Positions 1 to 8,085 of a stretch of 64,000 bases of DNA are shown here, in pieces. Source of the stretch: Vicinamibacterales bacterium. GTDB taxonomy: Bacteria; Acidobacteriota; Vicinamibacteria; Vicinamibacterales; UBA2999. How positions within the stretch are numbered: position 1 is the stretch's first letter; each line of letters starts with the position of its first letter. The position numbers were made by a program, and so were the translations under genes. The notes under the pieces are model-generated. The model had not been told where the DNA came from. It made no database searches and saw only the letters and a program-made list of their open reading frames with translations. Location of the stretch: the NCBI GenBank assembly GCA_035537775.1, contig DATLLQ010000259.1, positions 5,937 through 69,936 of the forward strand, read 5' to 3'.

Positions 1-28
1 GCGACGGCGCTGGCTCATCAACCATCAA

Positions 29-406
29 GTGATCATGTCGATCGTCTATCTGGCGCTGATCTATCCCGCCTGGATTGCACGCGCCTGGCTGCCGGCGCCG
101 TGGAACAGGGCCTTCTTGCTCGGCGTACTCGCGGCTGCCGCCGCAACGGTCAGCCTGCGGCTCCATCTGTGGTTTACCGCGTCGACGTTCGCGCCGTACT
201 TCGAGGAGCAGCAGTCGTCTACGCAGCGGTGGACGCGCCTCTGCGACGTCGTCTTCGCGGCGACGCTGATCGCCGCAGCGCTGGGAATCAGCGACGGCCA
301 TCCGGAGTTTGCGATGATCTTCATCGCGGCGGCGGTGGCGATCGTCGTCGCGGCTTTCGTCATCGAGCCGGCCACGGCGCGGGCCGCGTTTGGCGGCCGG
401 TCCTAG
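29..406 (+). CDS. hypothetical small integral membrane protein (125 aa)
   Basis: ORF with several hydrophobic segments (LALIYPAWIA, FLLGVLAAAAATV, VVFAATLIAAALGI, IFIAAAVAIVVAAFVI). No family recognised. Start uncertain (GTG 29 or ATG 35). Confidence 0.45.
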   Translation: MIMSIVYLALIYPAWIARAWLPAPWNRAFLLGVLAAAAATVSLRLHLWFTASTFAPYFEEQQSSTQRWTRLCDVVFAATLIAAALGISDGHPEFAMIFIAAAVAIVVAAFVIEPATARAAFGGRS

Positions 407-418
407 TACCCTAGTCAG

Positions 419-1879
419 GTGCCCCCTCGCCTCAGGTTCGCTCCATCGCCAACCGGTTATCTCCATGTCGGCGGCGCCAGGACGGCGCTTTTCAACTGGC
501 TGCTGGCGCGTCGCACCGGCGGCACATTCGTGCTGCGCATCGAAGACACGGATGCGGAACGATCCTCTGACGAGATGGTCACGGGAATCCTCGACGGCCT
601 GCGCTGGCTGGGGCTCGACTGGGACGAGGGGCCGGAGAAGGATGGTCCGCACGCACCGTATTTCCAGTCGCAGCGTTACGAGCGGCACCGCGCGGCCGCG
701 GATCGCCTGCTGGAATCCGGACACGCGTACCGTTGCTACTGCACGCCGGACAGGCTTCGCGAGGAGCGCGAGCGGGCGGAGCAACGCGGCGAAGCATGGC
801 AGTACGACCGCGCGTGCCTGAAGCTGTCGGCTGACGACCGCCGTTCGCGCGAGGCGTCAGGTGCGCCGTACGCCGTTCGCTTTCTCGTCCGCGAAGGACA
901 TACGAGTTTCATCGATGCCGTGCACGGACGGATCGAGTTCGACACGGCGCACGTGGAGGACTTCGTCATCCTGCGCTCGGATCGTCATCCGACCTATCAC
1001 CTGTCCGTGGTCGTCGACGACGTGGATATGGGGATCACGAACGTGATCAGGGGTGACGACCACATCTCGAATACGCCGAAGCACGTGCTGCTGTTTGAGG
1101 CGCTCGGCGCGGCGGTCCCGAGCTTCGCGCATGTTCCGCTCATTCTCGGCTCCGACAAGAAGCGACTGAGCAAGCGGCACGGCGCCACGTCGGTTATGGA
1201 GTACGCGCGGCAGGGCTATCTGCCCGACGCGATGGTCAACTTCCTGGCGCTACTGGGCTGGTCGCCTGGCGACGATCGGCAGGTGATGACGCGTGAAGAG
1301 CTGATCGCGGCCTTCTCGCTCGACGGCATCAGCGGCGGCAATGCCGTGTTCGACACCGACAAGCTCGATTGGATGAACGCGCAGTACGTGGCGCGGATGT
1401 CCGTGGAGGAGCTTGCCGCGCACGCACGGACGGTGCTCGAAGAGGCCGGCCTGACCGGAAGTCCCATCGTCCACGACACACTCCGGTTTCATCGGCTGCT
1501 CGAGCTCCTGCGGCCGCGTGTGAAGCGTCTCGGCGATTTCGTCGAGCAGGGGCGGCCGCTTCTTGCCCCAGCGGTCGAGTATGACCCTGCGGCAATTGAG
1601 AAAAACTTTTCCTCCGGCGATATGGCGGAGCATCTCGCCGCCCTCGCTCAGGCGCTCGAACGCCTGAGTCCGTTCGATGAATCACATGTGGAAGCCGTGG
1701 TGCGTGGAACGGCAACCGATCGGGCCATCAAGGCCGGACCGCTTATCCACGCGGTCAGGGTCGCCCTCACTGGCCGGACCGCGAGCCCGGGTCTCTTCGA
1801 GATGATGGCGCTCCTGGGACGAGACGAAACCACCGCGCGTTTACGCGCTCTTTTGGCGTTTCTCGCTGCCCGCTCCTAG
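419..1879 (+). CDS. gltX: glutamyl-tRNA synthetase
   Basis: Class I aaRS signatures: HIGH-type motif (PSPTGYLHVGGART) and KMSKS-type motif (RLSKRHG). Full-length collinear GluRS-like sequence of 486 aa. Confidence 0.95.
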   Translation: MPPRLRFAPSPTGYLHVGGARTALFNWLLARRTGGTFVLRIEDTDAERSSDEMVTGILDGLRWLGLDWDEGPEKDGPHAPYFQSQRYERHRAAADRLLESGHAYRCYCTPDRLREERERAEQRGEAWQYDRACLKLSADDRRSREASGAPYAVRFLVREGHTSFIDAVHGRIEFDTAHVEDFVILRSDRHPTYHLSVVVDDVDMGITNVIRGDDHISNTPKHVLLFEALGAAVPSFAHVPLILGSDKKRLSKRHGATSVMEYARQGYLPDAMVNFLALLGWSPGDDRQVMTREELIAAFSLDGISGGNAVFDTDKLDWMNAQYVARMSVEELAAHARTVLEEAGLTGSPIVHDTLRFHRLLELLRPRVKRLGDFVEQGRPLLAPAVEYDPAAIEKNFSSGDMAEHLAALAQALERLSPFDESHVEAVVRGTATDRAIKAGPLIHAVRVALTGRTASPGLFEMMALLGRDETTARLRALLAFLAARS

Positions 1880-1904
1880 TTACAGCACAGAACGCTGACG
1901 TCCC

Positions 1905-1935
1905 GGATGTGCCACTCCTGAGCCGTGGCACATCC
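1905..1935 (+). terminator. perfect 11-bp inverted repeat hairpin downstream of gltX (possible terminator or RNA element, no U-tract)
   Basis: GGATGTGCCAC (1905-1915) / GTGGCACATCC (1925-1935) with a 9-nt loop, 26 nt after the gltX stop. Confidence 0.3.
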
Positions 1936-2045
1936 GTTGCAGCCTGACCTTTGAACGGTCCGCCGAACCCTTTGGGAGAGGCGGAAAAGGACGGGCTTCT
2001 CCTGCGATCAATCTGTGGAGACCCGAGCGACTCAGGGAGGGAAGA

Positions 2046-2327
2046 GTGGCTAAAGAGGATCGCGGATTCGCCTCGATGGACCGCGCCAAGCAGCGCGAGA
2101 TTGCGAGCAAGGGCGGCAAGGCTGCCCATCAGAAGGGTACCGCTCACGAGTGGACCAGCGAAGAGGCGCGCGAGGCCGGTCGGAAAGGCGGCATGGCGAG
2201 CCATCGCCGGCGCAAGGAAATGGGGGACCAGCCTGACGGCAGCAGCGCGTCGTCTGCCATGGAAGCGCAGGCTCCGGAATCCCTGGAGCGCGCTGGCGGC
2301 GACGACATGAACGAGCAGACACGCTGA
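2046..2327 (+). CDS. KGG-repeat general stress protein (YciG/GsiB-like)
   Basis: Repeated KGG-type units (ASKGGKAAHQKG, GRKGGMASH). Small hydrophilic 93-aa protein. GGGAGGGAAGA RBS before the GTG start. Confidence 0.8.
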   Translation: MAKEDRGFASMDRAKQREIASKGGKAAHQKGTAHEWTSEEAREAGRKGGMASHRRRKEMGDQPDGSSASSAMEAQAPESLERAGGDDMNEQTR

Positions 2328-2350
2328 TCTGCGTTCAGGTTCTCATCTTT

Positions 2351-2388
2351 CGCGGCCCAGGCGCGAAGCGCCGGGCCGCGTTCTTTTG
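2351..2388 (+). terminator. intrinsic terminator of the KGG stress gene
   Basis: GC-rich hairpin CGCGGCCCAGGCGC-GAA-GCGCCGGGCCGCG followed by TTCTTTTG. Confidence 0.7.
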
Positions 2389-2523
2389 TACGCCGCGCAG
2401 TTTCTTCGTACGGCGGCGCCGCCCGTGTACGCAAATCCTTCAACGTGCGGAGGCCGACCCGCGCGATTTCGGCCTGTTTTCGCGGACGCGCATGAGGCAC
2501 ACCGGTTGCTCCACCTCAGGGCC

Positions 2524-3240
2524 ATGGAGATTCGCGACGGGTTCATTGTCGGCGTGCACAACTACTGCGATGCGTGGTGCGACCGGTGCACGCTCACCTC
2601 TCATTGCCGCGTCTTCGCGGACATGTGCGAACTGGAGGCGGCGGACGATCCCAATCTGAAGCCGGTCGTCGACGCGCCCCGGCATCCGGACGATGAGCCC
2701 GAACCAACGCCGTCGTGGCTGCAGGAGCTGCTGGACGAGATCAACATCGAGTCCGAACGTGCACCGAAAGCGGATTCCGCGAGGCGCCTGCCGCGCGTGG
2801 TGCCGGAGGGCGAAGCGATCGAGCAGCGCGCGGACGCCTACCTGCGGCGTACGAGAGCATGGCTTCAGCGCAGCGACTCCGAGCCGCATTCGAGTCCCGG
2901 TGAGCCGCTCGCGGTCATCTCCTGGTTCCACATGGTGATTCACGTGAAGGCGATGCGCGCACTGCACGGCCTTGCAGAAGACGATCGCTCGTGGCGCGAC
3001 TGGCCCGCCGATCATGACGGCTCGGCGAAGGTCGCCCTCATCGGCATCGACCAATCGCACCGCGCGTGGCGCGATCTCGTGGAAGTTGGCCGTGTCCCGC
3101 CCGCGGAGGCTGCACCGTTTCTCCACGATCTCGTCTGGCTGCGCAGCGCGCTCGAGCGCACATTTCCGAAGGCGCGCGCGTTCGTCCGGCCAGGGTTCGA
3201 CGAACCGGCTGAAGTAGCGAGGCTGTTACAGAGCACCTGA
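2524..3240 (+). CDS. hypothetical protein with N-terminal CX3CX2CX5C cysteine cluster
   Basis: ORF re-started at ATG 2524 (MEIRDGF...). Motif YCDAWCDRCTLTSHC lies near the N-terminus. No family recognised. Confidence 0.55.
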   Translation: MEIRDGFIVGVHNYCDAWCDRCTLTSHCRVFADMCELEAADDPNLKPVVDAPRHPDDEPEPTPSWLQELLDEINIESERAPKADSARRLPRVVPEGEAIEQRADAYLRRTRAWLQRSDSEPHSSPGEPLAVISWFHMVIHVKAMRALHGLAEDDRSWRDWPADHDGSAKVALIGIDQSHRAWRDLVEVGRVPPAEAAPFLHDLVWLRSALERTFPKARAFVRPGFDEPAEVARLLQST

Positions 3241-3263
3241 CGTCTTTCCTGCGAGCCAATCAG

Positions 3264-3280
3264 GGCGGCCATCGGCCGCC
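3264..3280 (+). terminator. short GC hairpin after the 2524-3240 CDS (weak terminator candidate)
   Basis: GGCGGCC-ATC-GGCCGCC followed by TTGCCCC. Confidence 0.25.
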
Positions 3281-3348
3281 TTGCCCCTGCCCCGAGCGTG
3301 CCGATACAATTAGAGGTTCCTGCCCCACGGATTATTGCGGCCTAGAAC

Positions 3349-3422
3349 TGGGAGGTCGTTCAACGGTAGGACACGGCGCTCTGGACGCCGTTATCGGGGT
3401 TCGAATCCCTGCCTCCCAGCCA
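3349..3422 (+). tRNA. tRNA-Gln (anticodon CTG), CCA encoded
   Basis: Hand-folded cloverleaf. Acceptor TGGGAGG/CCTCCCA, D-stem GTTC/GGAC, anticodon stem CGGCG/CGCCG with loop CTCTGGA, T-arm CGGGG-TTCGAAT-CCCTG, discriminator G plus CCA. U1-A72 and G73 are typical of tRNA-Gln. Confidence 0.9.
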
Positions 3423-3697
3423 GCCTCCGCTCACGCTTCGCGTGAGCTACGGCTAGTCAGGCTCTGTGACGCCCTGCCTAGCACTGGCGAACTCCAGAAC
3501 ACGCGGAGGCTGTCGCGCCGAAGCTCGCGAAGCGAGCGAAGGCGGACTGTCAGATTCTTCAATTCGACCTTCGGTGTGGCGCTGCAAAATTGCGCTGTTC
3601 CTCCACGACTCTGTCAAATTGTTAGGGATTCCTAGTGGCTCGAAGCCTGCCGTGGACCTCGGGATCGGGAGGCAGGACCCCATCGCTGCCTCCACGC

Positions 3698-5335
3698 TTA
3701 CGCGTGGACGCCAGGAGCTTCGCGCCCGGTGCGCGCGACGTACTCGACGTAGGAGCCTGGATACAAATGCGGCTCTCGCTCAACGCCGCTCTCGCCGCCC
3801 AGCTCCAGCACGCGATTGCTCAGCGCCCGGAGGAATGCCCGATCGTGCGACACGAACAGCATCGTCCCTTCGTAGTCCTTCAGCGCGTCGATGAGCATCT
3901 CCTTCGTGAAGAGATCGAGGTGGTTCGTCGGCTCGTCGAGGACGAGGAAGTTCGGCGGGTTGAGCAGCATCCGTGCGATGACGAGCCGCGTCTTCTCGCC
4001 GCCTGACAGCGCCCGGATCTTCTTGCCGACATCGTCGCCGGAAAACTGGAACGCGCCGGCGAGATTCCTGAGGGTGCCAATCGACTCGTTGGGAAAGTCG
4101 TGCTGCAGCTGCTCTTCGACGGTGAGGTCCGGCTTGAGCAGATCGAACGCCTGCTGCGCGAAGTAACCCATCTTCAGGCTCGCGCCCAGCGTGACGCTGC
4201 CGGCGTCGGGCTTCAGGACGCCGGCGACCATTCGCAGCAGCGTCGTCTTCCCCGCGCCGTTCTTGCCCATCACGCACCAGCGCTCGCCGCGGCGGATCGT
4301 CATATCGAAGCCGTCGTAGATCACCCGGCTCCCATACGCCTTCGAGACGTCCTCGACGACTACGACCTGGTCCCCCGAGCGCGGCGGCGTCCGGAAGTCG
4401 AACTTCACGGCCTGGCGCTTCTTCGGCAGCTCGATCTTCTCGATTTTCTCGAGCGCCTTCACGCGGCTCTGGACCTGGGCGGCCTTGGCCGCATGCGTCG
4501 AGAAGCGCTCGATGAAGCGCTGCTCCTTGGCCAGCATCGCCTGCTGACGGGCGTACGCGGCTTCACGGTTCGCCTCGCGGATCGCCCGCTCACGCTCGTA
4601 GAAGTCGTAGTTTCCCGAATAGACGGTGATTTCGCCGCCGTCGATTTCGGCGATCTTCGAGACGACGCGGTTCATGAACTCCCGGTCGTGCGACGTCATC
4701 AGCAGCGCGCCCGGCCGCGACTTCAGGAACCCTTCGAGCCAGATGATCGACTCGATGTCCAGATGGTTCGTCGGCTCGTCCATCAGCAGCACGTCCGGTT
4801 GCCCCAGCAGCACGCGCGCCATGGCCACGCGCATCTTCCAGCCGCCTGAAAGCAGACCGACGTCCCCATCAATCCGCTCATCGTCGAACCCCAGGCCGTG
4901 GAGGACTTCGCGGGCCTGCGCCTCGAGCCCGTAGCCGCCTGCATGGTCGTACTCTTCCTGGACCTCGCCGAAGCGCTCCAGGATGCGGTCCATGTCGCCG
5001 GCCCGTGCCGGGTCGCTCATCGCGTGCTCGAGCGCCTCGAGCTCGTGGTGCAGGTCGCCCAGGCGCCCGCTGCCGGCGATGGCCTCGTCCAGGACGGAAC
5101 GGCCGGACATCTCTTCGACGTCCTGGCGGAAATAGCCGATCGACATCTTCTTCGGCACCGACACCTCGCCCTCGTCGGGCGACTCCTCGCCAGTGATCAT
5201 CCGGAAGATGGTGGTCTTGCCGGCGCCGTTCGGGCCGACCAGCCCAACCTTTTCTCCGGGGTTCAGCTGGAAAGAGGTGTCAACGAAGAGCACCTGGCGG
5301 CCGTACTGCTTGCTGATGCGCGAAAGAGAGAGCAC
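3698..5335 (-). CDS. ABC-F family ATPase (two fused ABC domains, no TMD; YbiT/EttA-like translation factor class)
   Basis: Two Walker A motifs (GPNGAGKTT, GKNGAGKTT), two ABC signatures (LSGGWKMR, LSGGEKTR) and an inter-domain linker. 545 aa. Confidence 0.9.
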   Translation of the reverse strand: MLSLSRISKQYGRQVLFVDTSFQLNPGEKVGLVGPNGAGKTTIFRMITGEESPDEGEVSVPKKMSIGYFRQDVEEMSGRSVLDEAIAGSGRLGDLHHELEALEHAMSDPARAGDMDRILERFGEVQEEYDHAGGYGLEAQAREVLHGLGFDDERIDGDVGLLSGGWKMRVAMARVLLGQPDVLLMDEPTNHLDIESIIWLEGFLKSRPGALLMTSHDREFMNRVVSKIAEIDGGEITVYSGNYDFYERERAIREANREAAYARQQAMLAKEQRFIERFSTHAAKAAQVQSRVKALEKIEKIELPKKRQAVKFDFRTPPRSGDQVVVVEDVSKAYGSRVIYDGFDMTIRRGERWCVMGKNGAGKTTLLRMVAGVLKPDAGSVTLGASLKMGYFAQQAFDLLKPDLTVEEQLQHDFPNESIGTLRNLAGAFQFSGDDVGKKIRALSGGEKTRLVIARMLLNPPNFLVLDEPTNHLDLFTKEMLIDALKDYEGTMLFVSHDRAFLRALSNRVLELGGESGVEREPHLYPGSYVEYVARTGREAPGVHA

Positions 5336-5379
5336 AGTCTCGTATGATCGCAGATCGCCGTTGGTGGTGATCTCATGGA

Positions 5380-6825
5380 GTGGCAGTGAGCGAGCAGGAA
5401 GAAGATTTCGCCGCGATGTTCGAGGCGTCCGTCAAGGCGCGTCGAGTCGAACAGGGACAGACCATCGAGGGGACCATTGTGTCGATCGGGCCCGAGGTGG
5501 CCCTCGTCAGCATCGGCGGGAAGAGCGAGGCACAGATTGACGTTGCCGAGCTGAAGGACGAAGACGGCGACATCGAGGTCTCGATCGGCGATCGCCTTCA
5601 AGCCCGCGTCATCTCGACCAAAGGCGGAGTCATCCTGTCGCGCAAAGGCGTCCGAAGTGCCGCCACGCAGCGCGAGCTGGAGAACGCATTCGATGCCGGG
5701 TTCGCGGTGGAAGGCAGAGTCGAGAGCGTCAACAAGGGAGGGTACGAGGTCCGCATCGCTCGTGAGCGTGCCTTCTGTCCACTCTCGCAGATCGACATCG
5801 TCCGCACCGCAGATCCTGCCGTGCACGTCGGCAAGACCTATACGTTCCGCATCATCGAATACAAAGACAACGGCAAGTCCATCGTCGTCTCGCGGCGAAA
5901 GCAACTCGAGGAAGAACAGCAGGCGAGCGCTGACGCGGCACGCACGTCAATCGTGGCAGGCGCGGTGCTGACCGGCCGCGTCGTGTCGGTGCGCGACTTC
6001 GGTGCCTTCGTGGATCTGGGCGGCGGCATCCAGGGTCTTCTTCATGTCTCCGAAATGAGCTGGTCACGCGTCGCCACCCCTGGCGAGGTCGTCGCCGCCG
6101 GCGATCAGATTACCGTCAAGGTTCTGCGCGTTGACGAGGGCACGGGCAAGATTTCGCTCGGACTGAAGCAGCTGCAGGACGATCCCTGGAGCACGGTGGG
6201 CACGACGTACCAGGTGGGCCAGGTGCGGTCTGGCCGTGTGACACGGGTGGCGGAGTTCGGTGCCTTCGTCGAGCTGGAGCCTGGCATCGAGGGGCTGGCG
6301 CACGCCTCCACATTCCCTCCGACCGGTCGGCCTGGGAGCTGGGCCACGGCGGTTCCCGTCGGCACGACCGCGGCGTTCGAGATTCTCAGCATCGACCTCG
6401 CGCAGAAGCGCATCGGCATCGCGCTCGTCGAGGAAGGATCCTCGCGTGGCGCGCGTGTCGCAGAATCGCAGAGTGGCGGCGCACTCGCGCCCGGCACGAT
6501 CGTGACCGGTAAGGTCGAACGCCACGAACGATTCGGCGTGTTCGTGTTCCTCTCGCCAGGGCGAACCGGCCTGATGCCGTTCTCCGAAACCGGCCTGGAT
6601 CGCGACGCGGACCTGGCGAAAGCGTTTCCGGTCGGCAGCGAGGTCGAGGTGGCGGTGCTCGAGGCCGATGCCAGCGGCCGGCGTATTCGTCTCAGTCGGA
6701 AAGCGGTGTCGCAGCAGCGCGAGCAGGCCGAACTGCGCGAGTATGCCGCCAGGTCCGACGCTGCTCCCGCAGCGCCGATGGGGTCCATGGCCGACAAGCT
6801 GCGAGACGCCCTCAAGAAGCGCTGA
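5380..6825 (+). CDS. S1 RNA-binding domain protein (ribosomal protein S1-like, about 5 S1 repeats)
   Basis: N-terminus FAAMFEAS...GQTIEGTIVSIG resembles RpsA. Repeated S1 motifs (GRVVSVRDFGAFVDLGGGIQGLLHVSE, GRVTRVAEFGAFVELEPGIEGLAH, GKVERHERFGVFVFL). Confidence 0.8.
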   Translation: MAVSEQEEDFAAMFEASVKARRVEQGQTIEGTIVSIGPEVALVSIGGKSEAQIDVAELKDEDGDIEVSIGDRLQARVISTKGGVILSRKGVRSAATQRELENAFDAGFAVEGRVESVNKGGYEVRIARERAFCPLSQIDIVRTADPAVHVGKTYTFRIIEYKDNGKSIVVSRRKQLEEEQQASADAARTSIVAGAVLTGRVVSVRDFGAFVDLGGGIQGLLHVSEMSWSRVATPGEVVAAGDQITVKVLRVDEGTGKISLGLKQLQDDPWSTVGTTYQVGQVRSGRVTRVAEFGAFVELEPGIEGLAHASTFPPTGRPGSWATAVPVGTTAAFEILSIDLAQKRIGIALVEEGSSRGARVAESQSGGALAPGTIVTGKVERHERFGVFVFLSPGRTGLMPFSETGLDRDADLAKAFPVGSEVEVAVLEADASGRRIRLSRKAVSQQREQAELREYAARSDAAPAAPMGSMADKLRDALKKR

Positions 6826-6837
6826 GTCTGGTCGGGT

Positions 6838-7539
6838 ATGAACAGGTTCTGTCGCTACGAACTCCGTACGACCGATGTGGATGCGGCTCGAGCCTTTTAC
6901 AGAGACCTTCTCGGCGCTCGTTTCTGGGAAGACAGCATCAGCCTCGGAGAGCTCCCGGCGCAAGCCGCGGCCCGCGGGGCGCCGCCGCACTGGCTTGGCC
7001 ACATCGGCGTCCATGACGTCGTGGGAACGACACGTCGGTTCGTCCAAAGTGGCGCGACCCGGCTTGGCCCGGCCGTACACGCGGACAACAATGACGCCCC
7101 AATCATCCTGCGCGATCCATTCGGAGCCATCGTCGCGCTGACGCCTTCGAGCCCCGTCCCGATTGCGGATCGCGTGGTCTGGCATCTGCTCAGTGCGCGG
7201 GACGAAGCCGTTGCGTTCGGTGTGTACGCCGAGCTTTTCGGCTGGACGTCCCTCCAAGCGCTCGACCTCGGCCCCGAGAGGGGCCGCCACGTGACGTTTT
7301 CATGGGATGGGACCTCTGAGGCAGCAGGCAGCACTTCGAACGTCGCGCAACTGCCGAATGTTCATCCCCAGTGGCTCTTCTTCTTCCCAACGGAAAATCT
7401 GGACGAGTCGCTGGCGCAAGTGCGTACCAGTGGAGGACTGACGCTGCCAGTCGTCGTGACCGCCGGGCGCAATCTCGTCGCCGCATGTGACGACCCGCAA
7501 GGAGCGGCCTTCGGGCTCTATCAGGCTGTCAGCCGCTGA
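6838..7539 (+). CDS. VOC (glyoxalase/bleomycin-resistance fold) family protein, two-domain
   Basis: Two repeats of a glyoxalase-like pattern (YELRTTDVDAARAFYRDLLG...; WHLLSARDEAVAFGVYAELFGW...). Assignment by pattern only. Confidence 0.6.
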   Translation: MNRFCRYELRTTDVDAARAFYRDLLGARFWEDSISLGELPAQAAARGAPPHWLGHIGVHDVVGTTRRFVQSGATRLGPAVHADNNDAPIILRDPFGAIVALTPSSPVPIADRVVWHLLSARDEAVAFGVYAELFGWTSLQALDLGPERGRHVTFSWDGTSEAAGSTSNVAQLPNVHPQWLFFFPTENLDESLAQVRTSGGLTLPVVVTAGRNLVAACDDPQGAAFGLYQAVSR

Positions 7540-7595
7540 CGTCGCCTCACGCACGCCTGGCGAAGATTGCCGTCTGGTTTACGCCTTTGCTACAG

Positions 7596-7620
7596 ACTCT
7601 TTGCATTGTTTACAAAGAGT
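7596..7620. promoter_or_regulatory. AT-rich palindrome ACTCTTTG-N9-CAAAGAGT between the VOC gene and the 7670 gene
   Basis: Perfect 8-bp arms. Could be an operator, or a hairpin terminator (followed by TTGCTG). Confidence 0.3.
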
Positions 7621-7669
7621 TTGCTGTGGCTTGACGACAGTTCGCCGGGGGGCCCCGTCTAATAGGGGT

Positions 7670-8032
7670 ATGCGAATGAACAAGCTTGCTGCCGCCGTCC
7701 TCCTGGCCTCGTTTGCCGCGTTTCAGATTCCAGCGCTTGCGCAGAACGACCAACGCGCCCAGCTCCGGCTGACCGTCGTCGACGAGACGAACTCACCCGT
7801 TCCGAACGCGACCGTGACCATCTACACGATCCACGGCGCGCGCACCGTCAACGCCGATGCGAAGGGTGCCGTCGTGATGGCCGACCTTCCCACGGAGCTG
7901 ACGCAGGTGTGGGCGCGAACGCGGAATCTGTCCGGCGCCGAAGCGGCGAAACTGAATGCGGGCACGAACCAGCAGACGCTGACCGTTCACGCTGGGAAGC
8001 CGCTCACGGAAAGCTCCGAGAGCGGCTCGTAA
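7670..8032 (+). CDS. small secreted protein with carboxypeptidase-regulatory-like (Ig-like) domain
   Basis: Re-started at ATG 7670. Signal peptide MRMNKLAAAVLLASFAAFQIPALAQ. LRLTVVDETNSPVPNATVTIY is typical of the CarboxypepD_reg fold. Confidence 0.5.
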   Translation: MRMNKLAAAVLLASFAAFQIPALAQNDQRAQLRLTVVDETNSPVPNATVTIYTIHGARTVNADAKGAVVMADLPTELTQVWARTRNLSGAEAAKLNAGTNQQTLTVHAGKPLTESSESGS

Positions 8033-8085
8033 CGCTTCAGGCTCAGACGCCTGCGCCCGGAGTGAGTCGATTCAACCCAACAGGG

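Noticed and set aside
3349-3700. Integrated mobile element or genomic island at tRNA-Gln
   Set aside because: No integrase, transposase or direct repeat of the tRNA 3' end is visible in the window. Only a 275-nt non-coding tract follows, which is reported separately as low-interest.
3453-3894. ORFs 3453-3695 (minus strand) and 3466-3894 (plus strand) in the tRNA-flanking tract
   Set aside because: The composition is unlike coding sequence, they overlap the ABC-F 3' end or its terminator hairpin, and they show no motifs.
6064-7290. 408-aa minus-strand ORF overlapping the S1-domain and VOC genes
   Set aside because: Arg/Ala/Gly/Pro-rich composition with no motifs, lying antisense to ORFs that carry clear domain signatures. 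This is a typical high-GC shadow ORF.
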